NCBI GenBank assembly: GCA_965228125.1
Contig: OZ245791.1
Coordinates: 385,596 to 449,595 of the forward strand
Reading direction: 5' to 3'
Source of the DNA: Victivallales bacterium
Lineage (GTDB): Bacteria > Verrucomicrobiota > Lentisphaeria > Victivallales > GWF2-38-69
Length of the DNA stretch: 64,000 nt
A program made the position numbers and the translations under genes. Shown in pieces: positions 27,735 to 37,666 of the stretch (position 1 is the first letter of the stretch; every line of letters begins with the position of its first letter). The notes under the pieces are model-generated. The model made no database searches. It saw only the letters and a list, made by a program, of their open reading frames with translations, and was not told the origin of the DNA.

Positions 27735-28286
27735 ATGCATAAAGAAATCAAAAGCATCTGCGTTTTCTGCGGATCCGACTTTGGGATAAGAGATGAATAC
27801 GCTAACGCTGCCGCCAGTTTAGGCAAGATTATGGCAAAAAGAGGATTTCGGCTCGTCTATGGCGGCGCAAAAATCGGACTCATGGGGATAATCGCAAAAA
27901 GCGTCATTGAGAACGGCGGGCATGTAATAGGAATTATGCCTAAGCACTTGGCTGATTTGGAAATAGTATACAAAGACATTCCTGACATCCGTATAGTTAA
28001 TACTATGCATGAAAGAAAAGCTCTCATGGAGAGTATATCCGACGCATTTATAGCAATGCCGGGAGGAATGGGAACATTAGAGGAAATATTCGAAATTCTC
28101 ACATGGGCAAAACTCCAGCTTCACAATAAGCCATGCGGTTTTTTGAACATACTGGGATATTACGACAAACTTATGGATTTTCTGAACCATGCAAAAAATG
28201 AAAATTTCATAAAAGATGACTTTAATGCCTTATTTAAAATAGATGATGATATAGAATCTCTTTTGACAAAGCTTTCTCTTAATTGA
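27735..28286 (+). CDS. LOG-family (TIGR00730) nucleotide phosphoribohydrolase
   Basis: VYGGAKIGLMG and PGGMGTLEEIFE motifs. The ATG at 27735 is preferred because the TTG at 27729 lies in the terminator T-run. Confidence 0.85.
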   Translation: MHKEIKSICVFCGSDFGIRDEYANAAASLGKIMAKRGFRLVYGGAKIGLMGIIAKSVIENGGHVIGIMPKHLADLEIVYKDIPDIRIVNTMHERKALMESISDAFIAMPGGMGTLEEIFEILTWAKLQLHNKPCGFLNILGYYDKLMDFLNHAKNENFIKDDFNALFKIDDDIESLLTKLSLN

Positions 28287-28295
28287 TATCAAATA

Positions 28296-29432
28296 ATGCA
28301 AAATAAACCTATAAAATCTTTTTTCTTCTGGGTAGTTATAATTATCGGCTGCCTTATCGTATATTTCCAGTCAAGGCCATCCAAACCACAATTCTATATC
28401 CCTCAAAAGGAAAAAATAACCCCTGAAACCAAAAGCAAACCACTCTTTCAGTCAAACTTTATTCCGCAGCCCACATATCTGAAAGAATCTTACAGCCCTG
28501 CCCTGACCAGCATGCTTAACGGCGATTTGCTTTGTTTTTTCTATGCAGGAAGCAGTGAAGGAGCTCCTGATGTCAATATTTATCAGACAAGATATCATGA
28601 TGGCAAGTGGAGCGAACCCAAAGTCACGGTTACACCACAGATGCTGAGTAACGACACAAGACAATATATAAGAAAAATAGGCAATCCAGCTGTCTATAGA
28701 GCTAAGGATAACAAACTCCACCTATTCGTAGTTTCAGTAACTCTAGGAGGATGGGCAGGGTCAAAAATCAATCACTTGATTTCGACAGATGAAGGAGAAA
28801 CCTGGCAAAGTGCAATAAATCTAAAACTTTCTCCATTTATAAATATAAGCAATGCCTGCCGAACAAACCCTGTAGGACTGGAGGATGGCGGTTTTTATTT
28901 ACCAATTTATTATGAAATGATCCGTTGCTACCCTGAAATACTCCGGTTTGATAAAGATGGCAACTTCGTCGAAAAAATACGGTTAAACGATCACAATGAG
29001 CTTATTCAGCCTGCGATAGTCCCGACAAGCAACACAGACGCCTATGCCTATTTCCGAAATAAAGGCGATACAGACCAAATAACATATATGCAGACAACTT
29101 CTGATGGCGGATATACTTGGGAAACCCTCGAAAAAACAAACCTTGAAGGTCCCGATTCATCTTTAGTTGCCGCCAGATTAAATAAAAATCTCTACATAAT
29201 GATCTGTAATGTCGGTGACAGGAGCAAAATAGTCCTCATGGTTTCCAAAGACGGAACCAACTGGAGCCAAACCATGCTTTTTGACGAACTTAAAGATAAG
29301 ACTTTCGCATATCCAGCGATATGTGTCAACGGTGATATGGTAGATATAGTTTATTCCTGGAATGACAGGGTCGCCCTGAAACATATTAGATTCAATGAAG
29401 AATGGATTATAAGCAAGGAGGCCGCAAAATGA
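28296..29432 (+). CDS. Membrane-anchored BNR/Asp-box (sialidase-like beta-propeller) protein
   Basis: N-terminal TM helix. Asp-boxes STDEGETW, TSDGGYTW and SKDGTNW. Confidence 0.7.
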   Translation: MQNKPIKSFFFWVVIIIGCLIVYFQSRPSKPQFYIPQKEKITPETKSKPLFQSNFIPQPTYLKESYSPALTSMLNGDLLCFFYAGSSEGAPDVNIYQTRYHDGKWSEPKVTVTPQMLSNDTRQYIRKIGNPAVYRAKDNKLHLFVVSVTLGGWAGSKINHLISTDEGETWQSAINLKLSPFINISNACRTNPVGLEDGGFYLPIYYEMIRCYPEILRFDKDGNFVEKIRLNDHNELIQPAIVPTSNTDAYAYFRNKGDTDQITYMQTTSDGGYTWETLEKTNLEGPDSSLVAARLNKNLYIMICNVGDRSKIVLMVSKDGTNWSQTMLFDELKDKTFAYPAICVNGDMVDIVYSWNDRVALKHIRFNEEWIISKEAAK

Positions 29433-30043
29433 GTCAATTCATAGCTGGCAACCTCGTGCTTGTCACTTACTCCTTATTTGTTTCCTGGATTATCATATCC
29501 ATTCCTTTCCTAACCAGAAACAGAAAATCCGAAACCAAACTGATAATATTGTTATTAGCTTTTCTTTCTGTCAGATTCATTCCTATATTCCAGTATTACA
29601 GTTTAGCTTATATTATGTTTGGCGCATTTGGCAGTCTTAGTATAGCCACTTTGTGCTTACTTTTATATTTCATATATGCTGAACTTACTCATAATAATGA
29701 ACCCTACAGGATAAATCCTTCCGTGTTTCTTATACTCGTATTTATGGCTGCTCTGCTCTATCTATCTCTTTTTGGATATATAACATTTGATGTTTATTCC
29801 TGGGGTTACTATCCTACATGGATGTTGGTTTTGTATTTAGCATGCCAAATCTTCTTCTCAATACGAAGCAGATTATTCGCTATCCTATGGTTAATAGCTT
29901 TGATTGCTTTCATATTTAAAATGCAATCTTCAAACAATCTTTGGGACTATCTTTTCGATCCGTTACTCATCTCAATGTCTTTGATATACCTGCTTACCTT
30001 AGCCATTGCAAGAATTATTGGTTTCAGACAAAAAAGAAGATAA
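29429..30043 (+). CDS. Polytopic membrane protein, unknown function
   Basis: About 6-7 hydrophobic helices. The ATG at 29429 overlaps the upstream stop (ATGA). Confidence 0.55.
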   Translation: MSQFIAGNLVLVTYSLFVSWIIISIPFLTRNRKSETKLIILLLAFLSVRFIPIFQYYSLAYIMFGAFGSLSIATLCLLLYFIYAELTHNNEPYRINPSVFLILVFMAALLYLSLFGYITFDVYSWGYYPTWMLVLYLACQIFFSIRSRLFAILWLIALIAFIFKMQSSNNLWDYLFDPLLISMSLIYLLTLAIARIIGFRQKRR

Positions 30044-30065
30044 TATAGAACCATGGAGGATTCTT

Positions 30066-30626
30066 TTGAAAAAGATATTATTAGCTACTGTGTTTATCAT
30101 CTTAACTGCCGTGTTTTCTTCGATTCTTTCTGCCGAAGATTCTACTACTAATGTTTCTGATGCCAACTCAGCCTCAATAATAGATCAATTCGCAGAAATG
30201 CAAAAGAGTTTAGTAAGCAATGCCTTTACTAACGATCCCTTCTTTAAAAACAATACAGAAGAATCCAAGCAGTCATTAAACCTTGGCCTCACAGGAGGCT
30301 ATCCTCAGATGAAATACAAAAAAAATCCCGACAATTACACCATTACTTTTGTTACACCTGGCATCAAAAAAAAAGACTTGAACATTACTCTTAAAAACAA
30401 CACTTTGACAGTATCAGGCGCCCCTCCGACCAAATCATCTTCAAATACCCAATCAATGAGTTATGATGATGATATAGCCAAAAAATTTTCAAGAACAATT
30501 CCACTACCTGCTGACTCAAAACTAGCTGATATAAGTTCTAAATACGACAATGGAATCTTGACTATCATTGTCCCGCGAGACAACAAAGTAGATACCGAAA
30601 ACATCATGCCGATTACAATAGAATAA
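30066..30626 (+). CDS. Hsp20/alpha-crystallin-domain protein with an N-terminal signal peptide
   Basis: ACD pattern ITFVTPGIKKKDLNITLKNNTLTVSG...FSRTIPLP...YDNGILTIIVPR. TTG at 30066, 5 nt after GGAGGA, gives MKKILLATVFIILTAVFSSILSAED. Confidence 0.65.
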   Translation: MKKILLATVFIILTAVFSSILSAEDSTTNVSDANSASIIDQFAEMQKSLVSNAFTNDPFFKNNTEESKQSLNLGLTGGYPQMKYKKNPDNYTITFVTPGIKKKDLNITLKNNTLTVSGAPPTKSSSNTQSMSYDDDIAKKFSRTIPLPADSKLADISSKYDNGILTIIVPRDNKVDTENIMPITIE

Positions 30627-30660
30627 CCTATAATATTCCCATGCCAAAAAAGAGGCTATT

Positions 30661-31761
30661 ATGTATTATGTAGGAATCATGTCGGGAACAAGCGTTGACG
30701 GAATAGATGCCGTGCTGGTTAAAGATACATCGGCAGGACTCAAAATGTCGGGACAATACAGTTGCGAATTCCCCCCTGACCTTAAGCAAGACATATTGGA
30801 ACTGTTGTCCACTTTTCAAGTTCACCTAAAGAAACTTGGAGAAATTGACGCCAGACTCGGGACTTGTTATGCTAATGCGGTAAATGCCTTACTCAAAGAG
30901 ACAAAAGTTAATGCACAAGAAGTATTGGCCATAGGCTGTCATGGTCAGACCGTTTACCATGACCCTAGAGGAAAATACCCTTTCACGATGCAAATAGGAG
31001 ATGGAAACAGAGTTGCCGCATTAACCGGCATAAAAACTATCTGCGACTTCAGAAGGATGGATGTGGCATTCGGCGGTGACGGAGCCCCACTGGCTCCTGC
31101 TTTCCATAACGGTTATTTGAACTCTGAAACAGAACAAAGAGTAATACTCAACCTAGGCGGTATAGCAAATATTACTATCTTAAATAAAGACGAATCGAAA
31201 GTTCTTGGCTTTGATACCGGCCCTGCTAACTGCCTCATGGATTTATGGATTCAAAAATCAAAAGATACAAAATATGATAAAAATGGGCAATGGGCGAAAT
31301 CCGGCAAAGTAAATGCAAGCCTTTTGATCGATTTGTGCAGCGAAGAATACTTTGTCCTGTCCCCGCCCAAAAGCACAGGCAAGGAACTCTTTAATCTACT
31401 CTGGCTTGAACAGAAACTTGAAAAATACAGCCAAATTAAACATGAAGACATTCAAGCAACGCTATGTGACTTTACAGCCAAAACTGTTGCTGATGCGATT
31501 CAAAAGCATGCTCCCTTCTGCCAGGCGGTTTATTCATGCGGAGGCGGCAGCAGCAATATTTACCTTCAGGAAAGATTAAGCTTTTATCTAAAGGAAATAA
31601 AGGTCTCTACAACTGATGAATTAGGAATACCAGTACAATGGGTTGAAGCAATCGCTTTTGCTTGGCTGGCTAAAAGAAGGGTTGAGGGGAAATATGGAAA
31701 TATCCCCAGCGTCACAGGAGCCAAGGCCAAAGTAAAACTCGGCGCTTTGTATGAATTCTAA
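30661..31761 (+). CDS. anmK: Anhydro-N-acetylmuramic acid kinase
   Basis: 366 aa. MYYVGIMSGTSVDGIDAVLV N-terminus and GGGSSN motif. Confidence 0.9.
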   Translation: MYYVGIMSGTSVDGIDAVLVKDTSAGLKMSGQYSCEFPPDLKQDILELLSTFQVHLKKLGEIDARLGTCYANAVNALLKETKVNAQEVLAIGCHGQTVYHDPRGKYPFTMQIGDGNRVAALTGIKTICDFRRMDVAFGGDGAPLAPAFHNGYLNSETEQRVILNLGGIANITILNKDESKVLGFDTGPANCLMDLWIQKSKDTKYDKNGQWAKSGKVNASLLIDLCSEEYFVLSPPKSTGKELFNLLWLEQKLEKYSQIKHEDIQATLCDFTAKTVADAIQKHAPFCQAVYSCGGGSSNIYLQERLSFYLKEIKVSTTDELGIPVQWVEAIAFAWLAKRRVEGKYGNIPSVTGAKAKVKLGALYEF

Positions 31762-31792
31762 ACCATTGCTTTTACTTTAAGAGTCTTCTGTT

Positions 31793-32956
31793 ATGGAGTT
31801 TGATTTCACTAAAGTTGATGAGTTGATAAAAAACGATATAGCAAACGGCTTCCCTGGCGCTGTGTTGCAAATCTCTCACAAAGGAAAAACCATCAAGCAT
31901 TCCGCATATGGCTACAAACTCAGGTATGACAATGAATTCAATGAACTTCCTGTTCCTGAAAGAATGGATTTAGACACCGTATTTGACCTGGCATCGAATA
32001 CAAAAATATTTGCTACAACGCTCATCTCCATGGTCATGGCGCAAAAAGGATTGCTAGATTTAGATAAACCGCTAACTGACTTCTTGCCAGATTATCACAC
32101 TCATGACAAAATTACTACAAGAATGCTCCTTTCTCATTGCGCCGGATATGGCCCCGAAGTATGGTTTTTTGATTACAGCAATCCTCTAGGAAAAGATTTT
32201 TATTCTAATGATAGAGAACTTACCAAAAAACTGCTTATAAAAACCCCGTTAGATTATGCACCTCTCAGTGCTACAGTTTACTCAGACACAAGCTTCATGC
32301 TTCTTGGCATAGTTATAGAACATATTTTAGGGCAAAACATTTCTGACGCTGCAAAAGAACTTGTTTATAATCCGTTTGGCCTAAAAATGATGACTTTTCA
32401 GCCTCTCTCCAATGGCATAAACCTCAACCAAATTGCTGCAACCAGTATTGGCAACACCTGCAACAATACGATGAATTACCCAAATATCAGGACAGACCTG
32501 ATCAGAGGAGAAGTCCAGGATGAGAAAGCCTACTACTCCATGGGCGGCATAGCCGGGCACGCAGGGCTTTTTTCGGCTTCATCTGATTTGGTAAAACTTT
32601 GCGAACTCATCCAAAATGTTTATCGACAAAAGGGCAGCTTCTTGTCGAATAGAATTTTACGGGAATTCATTTCCCCGATAGGAACTGATGATTCGTTTGG
32701 TTGCGGATGGAGAGTTAATACAGATGGAAAAGTATCACACCTCTTCGGAAATAAAGCTTCCGATTTAACTATAGGGCATAGTGGATTTACAGGCACTCTG
32801 ACATTGATTGACCTAAAAAATGAAATCTCTATAGTCCTTCTCACAAATAAGATTCACTCGTACTGCTATGATAGGAAACACTATGCCGGTTCAGATTTTT
32901 ATACCGGCAAATACGCTCCGGTAATAGAAGAAGCTTATAATTCGATATTAAATTAG
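31793..32956 (+). CDS. Serine hydrolase of the beta-lactamase/transpeptidase-like family
   Basis: 387 aa. SxxK motif (SNTKIF), YSDTSF and HSGFTG motifs. Confidence 0.75.
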   Translation: MEFDFTKVDELIKNDIANGFPGAVLQISHKGKTIKHSAYGYKLRYDNEFNELPVPERMDLDTVFDLASNTKIFATTLISMVMAQKGLLDLDKPLTDFLPDYHTHDKITTRMLLSHCAGYGPEVWFFDYSNPLGKDFYSNDRELTKKLLIKTPLDYAPLSATVYSDTSFMLLGIVIEHILGQNISDAAKELVYNPFGLKMMTFQPLSNGINLNQIAATSIGNTCNNTMNYPNIRTDLIRGEVQDEKAYYSMGGIAGHAGLFSASSDLVKLCELIQNVYRQKGSFLSNRILREFISPIGTDDSFGCGWRVNTDGKVSHLFGNKASDLTIGHSGFTGTLTLIDLKNEISIVLLTNKIHSYCYDRKHYAGSDFYTGKYAPVIEEAYNSILN

Positions 32957-33591
32957 CAGCTCTGCCCCGACAGTCCTCCTGAAAGACCAAACCATATATT
33001 CTTATTGAGTTCAAATTCAATTCTTTCAAGCGCAAGCATCGTAGCTTTGTTTATTGGCATCATTTTAGCTTCATGCTCTGACCCAATGGCTATTATTCTC
33101 ATGGAATAGTCTGTCATGGAAAACCTTACTGGTTTTTTATCAAGGGACTCAATCGCTTTCTTGTATTGCTCAGGGAAATTCTCCTTTATGATTTTACAGA
33201 CCGAATAAGAGGCTTTTCCTTCTTTGTTTTTTAATGCGAAAAAACCAAACAATCTACAAATTATTGAACGATAAGTATAAGCCGTACAGCGCCCCTTCCA
33301 TTCCAGGTTTTCGTCTTTTTTAAAAAAAACGCAGGTACTATATTCATCTGTTTTTCTTAATAATTCTAGACACTCTCTGCCCTTTCCTATTTTCCAAAGC
33401 AAATAAGCTAACGGCAGCATCTCGAGAACTGTCGCTTCCACTTTTACACTGTTGCAGCAAAAACCACAGCCCTCTAGACAGTCAAGGCCTGTCTCTCTTT
33501 TCAGCTCAGTCGTTTTCCTGTCTATTTCGACATAGAGCCTAATCACCTGTGATATTTTGCTTCTATATTCTTTGGACAATAAAAAACTCAT
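32953..33591 (-). CDS. YkgJ-family cysteine-cluster protein (UPF0153)
   Basis: CLEGCGFCCN and CVFF...RCTAYTYRSIICRLFG motifs. Confidence 0.7.
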   Translation of the reverse strand: MSFLLSKEYRSKISQVIRLYVEIDRKTTELKRETGLDCLEGCGFCCNSVKVEATVLEMLPLAYLLWKIGKGRECLELLRKTDEYSTCVFFKKDENLEWKGRCTAYTYRSIICRLFGFFALKNKEGKASYSVCKIIKENFPEQYKKAIESLDKKPVRFSMTDYSMRIIAIGSEHEAKMMPINKATMLALERIEFELNKNIWFGLSGGLSGQSC

Positions 33592-33703
33592 ATTTTTAAT
33601 ATAATAAAAAATTAAGAATCGTATTATAATGTAGTTTTCTGTTACAAAAGAAATAGCAAGGAATTATAAATTCCGATTTAATTAATTATAGGACAAAAAA
33701 CGA

Positions 33704-35038
33704 ATGAATGAAAAAACCAAGATTAACAAGATAATATACTATTCGTTAATAAGCGGCGGTCTATGCGGATATACGCTCGGCGTAATTTCGGGCATACTAT
33801 CGGTCTACGAAAAGGATTTAAGTTTCTCACCATCACAAATTTCAATAATAGCCGGAGCCATACTTCTCGGGTGTTTCCTTGCCAGCATATTCACCGGCGT
33901 TATAAACGATTTCTTCGGCAGGAGAAAATCCATATTAATAACTTATTCTTTTTTTATTTTAGGCTCTGCAGCGCTGATTTTCAGTTCCGCTTTCAATCTG
34001 GTTTACATAAGCAGACTACTTCAGGGAATCGGATTCGGAATGGCAGTAATCGTATTGCCTGTTTATCTCTCAGAAATATCTTCTAAAACCAATAGAGGAA
34101 AAATCATCACTACATTCCAATTATCCCTGACTGGCGGAGTACTCTTCTCCAACATCCTTAACATGCTGTTAATTCCCATCATGGGCAGTCAGGCAATACT
34201 GATATTTTCCTTTGTCCTGTCTTGCTTTGTCTTTCTGCAGTTATTAAAGCTCCCTGAATCTCCGCGTTGGCTATACAATTCAGGTTCTCTGGACAAATCT
34301 AAAAAATCTCTTGTTACCTTGTGCTCAAAGTTTAACAATCCAATCCAATGGGAAGAGATAGACGTAATACAGGAAAAAGACAGAGTCAGTCTGATTAAAA
34401 CTTTATTGGACAAGAGAAATATATTCCCGATCTTTGTCGTGACAGCGGCTGTTTCGTTGAATCAACTCACTGGCTATAATAGTTTTATTCAATGCAGTGT
34501 GACTATCATAAAATCGTCGGGGATCAGTTCTGAACTTGTCGGGCTTATTGGTGGAGTCTTTATCACTTCCATCAATTTTATAGCAACTTTGCTTACCTTG
34601 ATTTTCGTTGAAAAAATAGGCAGAAAGAAAATATTAAAAATAGGAACTTCAGGCCTTCTTGCTGTACTAATTTTACTTAGCATATTTAATTTTGCACTTC
34701 CCAATGGCGAACTTAAAGGTTATGCGACAATGGTTGGAATAGTTCTGCTTGTCGGATTCTTTGCCTTTGGCCCAGGCGGAGTAATTTTAGTACTGTGTGC
34801 AGAACTGCTTCCTAATAAAATTAGAAGCATCGGTTTCACCATTTCTTTTACCATCGGTGCTCTAGTAGGAATGTTCTTTGTTTCTGGCTTCATTCCGTTA
34901 AGCGATATTATAGGATACAGCGGCCTATTCCTCTTAATAGCGTGCTTTGTCGGATGCTATTTGCTAATAGCCTTCATAATACCAGAAACCAAAGGCAAAA
35001 GCCTCGAAGAAATAGCTCAGGAATATAACAAAAAATGA
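33704..35038 (+). CDS. MFS sugar-porter-family transporter (paralog 1)
   Basis: 444 aa, 12 TM. GRRKS, PESPRWL and PETKGKSLEEI motifs. Confidence 0.85.
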   Translation: MNEKTKINKIIYYSLISGGLCGYTLGVISGILSVYEKDLSFSPSQISIIAGAILLGCFLASIFTGVINDFFGRRKSILITYSFFILGSAALIFSSAFNLVYISRLLQGIGFGMAVIVLPVYLSEISSKTNRGKIITTFQLSLTGGVLFSNILNMLLIPIMGSQAILIFSFVLSCFVFLQLLKLPESPRWLYNSGSLDKSKKSLVTLCSKFNNPIQWEEIDVIQEKDRVSLIKTLLDKRNIFPIFVVTAAVSLNQLTGYNSFIQCSVTIIKSSGISSELVGLIGGVFITSINFIATLLTLIFVEKIGRKKILKIGTSGLLAVLILLSIFNFALPNGELKGYATMVGIVLLVGFFAFGPGGVILVLCAELLPNKIRSIGFTISFTIGALVGMFFVSGFIPLSDIIGYSGLFLLIACFVGCYLLIAFIIPETKGKSLEEIAQEYNKK

Positions 35039-35064
35039 TTTGTTCTAAATAATGGAGAGATAAA

Positions 35065-36405
35065 ATGGAACTGTACAAAAAGTACCTTGCCTTGATGGTC
35101 GCTTTCTCAATATTGAACGGCCTGCTATGCGGATATGTCTATGGAGTTGTGGCAGGAATTATTCCGCTTCTGGAAAAAACAGTACTTGTAACAAAATTTC
35201 AGATTTCCCTTTTTGCGGGAGCCTTTGCCCTGGGATGCTTCGTGGCAAGTTTCTATACAGGAATCCTGAATGACCTGTGGGGCAGAAAAAAAGTGATGGT
35301 AATCACACTTGCTTTCTTCATTATCGGGATTGTTCTGTTTATCTTCTCAGAATCATTCGTGAGCATTTATATCAGCCGGACACTGCAATGCATCGGATTC
35401 GGGATGGCAACTGTAGTTGTTCCTATGTACCTTACGGAAATATCTCCAAACAGTAAACGCGGCGAAATAATGATTTGCTTCCAGCTATCAATGGGAGGCG
35501 GCATCCTGCTGTCAAGCTTAATCAATCTCTGGCTTCTTCCCGGAATGAATTGGCACTATCTTTTTTATATTCTAAATATTGTTCCAATATTGCTGATTAT
35601 TATGACGTTAATCCTTCCTGAATCACCAAGATGGTTTGTCATTAAAGGAAATTTTGGTAAAGCAAAAGAAGTCATTATGATGTTAAACTCAACTGAAGAT
35701 GCCCAAAGAGAACTTAGCAAGATACAAGTTCAGACACCTGGCAGAAAAGCAGTCAAAACTGAGTGGAAAACCATTCTTGAAAGAAGATACATGCTCCCCA
35801 TACTTCTAGTAACAGCCGCAGTTTCGCTTAATCAACTCTTCGGAATGCCGGTATTTATCCAATGCAGTGTAAAAATCCTGCAGGATTCAGGCGTCGAATC
35901 TGTTGTAATTGGACTTATCGGAAGCGTTTCAATAACCGGAATTAACTTCATAGCGGCAATTCTTACTATGTTCCTCGTAGAAAAAATCGGCAGGATGAAA
36001 ATCTTGAAAATCGGAACATTAGCTTTAACAATATCCTTACTATTTCTGGCCATGATAAACTTTTTTATGCCGGCGAACTTGTTAAAAGGTTACATTACCT
36101 TAGTGGGAATCGTCGTGACAGTCGGACTCTTTGGCTTTGGACCAGGCGGCGTGATTTTATTAATATGCACAGAACTTCTTCCAAATAAGGTTCGCGGCGT
36201 CGGCATAACAATAGCATTTGTCGTAGGAGCCACCATAAGTTTGTTTTTCGTATGCCTTTTCCTGCCCCTCACAGATTATATCGGATACGGCGGGTTATTC
36301 CTGTTGATAGGATTCTTTATGCTTTGCTACTTTGCCCTTGCCTTTGCTATTCCTGAAACCAAAGGAAAAACTCTCGAAGAAATAGAAAAAAGCTTCGAAA
36401 AATAA
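35065..36405 (+). CDS. MFS sugar-porter-family transporter (paralog 2)
   Basis: 446 aa, collinear with 33704..35038. GRKKV, PESPRWF and PETKGKTLEEI motifs. Confidence 0.85.
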   Translation: MELYKKYLALMVAFSILNGLLCGYVYGVVAGIIPLLEKTVLVTKFQISLFAGAFALGCFVASFYTGILNDLWGRKKVMVITLAFFIIGIVLFIFSESFVSIYISRTLQCIGFGMATVVVPMYLTEISPNSKRGEIMICFQLSMGGGILLSSLINLWLLPGMNWHYLFYILNIVPILLIIMTLILPESPRWFVIKGNFGKAKEVIMMLNSTEDAQRELSKIQVQTPGRKAVKTEWKTILERRYMLPILLVTAAVSLNQLFGMPVFIQCSVKILQDSGVESVVIGLIGSVSITGINFIAAILTMFLVEKIGRMKILKIGTLALTISLLFLAMINFFMPANLLKGYITLVGIVVTVGLFGFGPGGVILLICTELLPNKVRGVGITIAFVVGATISLFFVCLFLPLTDYIGYGGLFLLIGFFMLCYFALAFAIPETKGKTLEEIEKSFEK

Positions 36406-36428
36406 TGCCATTGAGTTCATTTTCTTTT

Positions 36429-36487
36429 ACAAGGCCTAACGTCTTCCTTAGCAAAATTTACGAATAGCCGTCCACTTTGTTGTCACC
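36429..36487 (-). pseudogene. Remnant of a GNAT gene 3' end (duplicate of the 37157..37639 C-terminus)
   Basis: The minus strand reads GDNKVDGYS*ILLRKTLGL, against the intact GNAT C-terminus IDNFIVNGYSELLLRKTLGPL. It has an in-frame stop and no upstream ORF. Confidence 0.65.
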
Positions 36488-36492
36488 ATTAT

Positions 36493-37083
36493 TTAGGAGA
36501 CACTAAGGCGTATTTCATTTGCGTAATCTCTAACAAAATCATGTGCTGTAAGTTTATGCTCGGTAATAGAAACAAAAACCTGATTAAAATTAATAAGACC
36601 TTTATAATTATTTATAAAAGAGTTATAGGGAATATTAAAACCTATCAGATTAACTAACACGCGGTTAAAATTAATGTTTCTTATATTTCCTGAAACAAAC
36701 CGGCTATATGAAATATTATGTTCTATGAGATAAACCAGAACATTATCAAGATCCAAACTCTTTCTATATTTTGATATCACCCTTTTATATGGAATATCCT
36801 TGGCTATCAAATTCACTATAAGATGGTCTAGATTAACATCTTTTTTATGCCGCTCGATATACTCTTCGTAACCCGTATTCTTAGCAACCAGATTCAGCAA
36901 TACGGCAATATTTTTATTTTTATCTTCTAAGATTGAAGAAGATAGCTTCTTGTTCCCAAAACAGCCTTTTTGCGAATTAACTGTATTAGCTTTTTCCACC
37001 CTGCCCCTCTTGTTATCCTTATTTATAGTTAAATTTAAGACTACTAATAAAGTAAATATACCCAATAATTGGGTGCAAAGCAA
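36493..37083 (-). CDS. Hypothetical exported/anchored protein with about five tandem 27-aa repeats
   Basis: N-terminal hydrophobic helix. Repeats of the form (I/L)N(F/L)(D/N)xVLVNLIxxNIxYxxFIxxYxx. I recognise no family. Confidence 0.5.
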   Translation of the reverse strand: MLCTQLLGIFTLLVVLNLTINKDNKRGRVEKANTVNSQKGCFGNKKLSSSILEDKNKNIAVLLNLVAKNTGYEEYIERHKKDVNLDHLIVNLIAKDIPYKRVISKYRKSLDLDNVLVYLIEHNISYSRFVSGNIRNINFNRVLVNLIGFNIPYNSFINNYKGLINFNQVFVSITEHKLTAHDFVRDYANEIRLSVS

Positions 37084-37156
37084 TGATAATTATTCAATCC
37101 CTCATACTAGGTGCTGAAATAATAATATTGATGATATAAACCGTCTAAGAAAAATG

Positions 37157-37639
37157 CTATTGGGCTCTATATCCCTTTAGAGGGCCTAACGTTTTCCTTA
37201 ACAGGAGTTCCGAGTAACCGTTCACTATAAAATTATCGATTTCCCCTATCTGCTTATATCCTAATTTATAGTAGAATTCCTGGGCTTTCTTGTTGAACGA
37301 AGAAACACAGATAAACACATTGGGAACTACTCTGAAAATTTTATCTTCAGCGAACTTAATAAGTTCAGATCCTACGCCTGAGCCCCTAGCCTCTTTAGAA
37401 ACAGCCAGGCATTTGATATAGCCTCTGAAAGTCCCATGCATGTAGAGAACTATAAATCCCAAAACAGTATCGCCTTGTTTCGCCACAAATGTTTCATTCA
37501 GGCTGTCTTTGAACATTTTTATTAAATCATCATATCCGATATTCAAGGTTTTCCATGGATCAGAATTTATCATCATCATTGTGCACTCATGAATTTCCCC
37601 ATCCGCAGAAAGCGGAACGATCTTGATTTCTCCATTCAT
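37157..37639 (-). CDS. GNAT family N-acetyltransferase
   Basis: 160 aa. ARGSGVGSELIKFAE acetyl-CoA motif. Confidence 0.75.
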   Translation of the reverse strand: MNGEIKIVPLSADGEIHECTMMMINSDPWKTLNIGYDDLIKMFKDSLNETFVAKQGDTVLGFIVLYMHGTFRGYIKCLAVSKEARGSGVGSELIKFAEDKIFRVVPNVFICVSSFNKKAQEFYYKLGYKQIGEIDNFIVNGYSELLLRKTLGPLKGYRAQ

Positions 37640-37666
37640 TATTAAGTTTCCTGGAATCTTTAGAGT

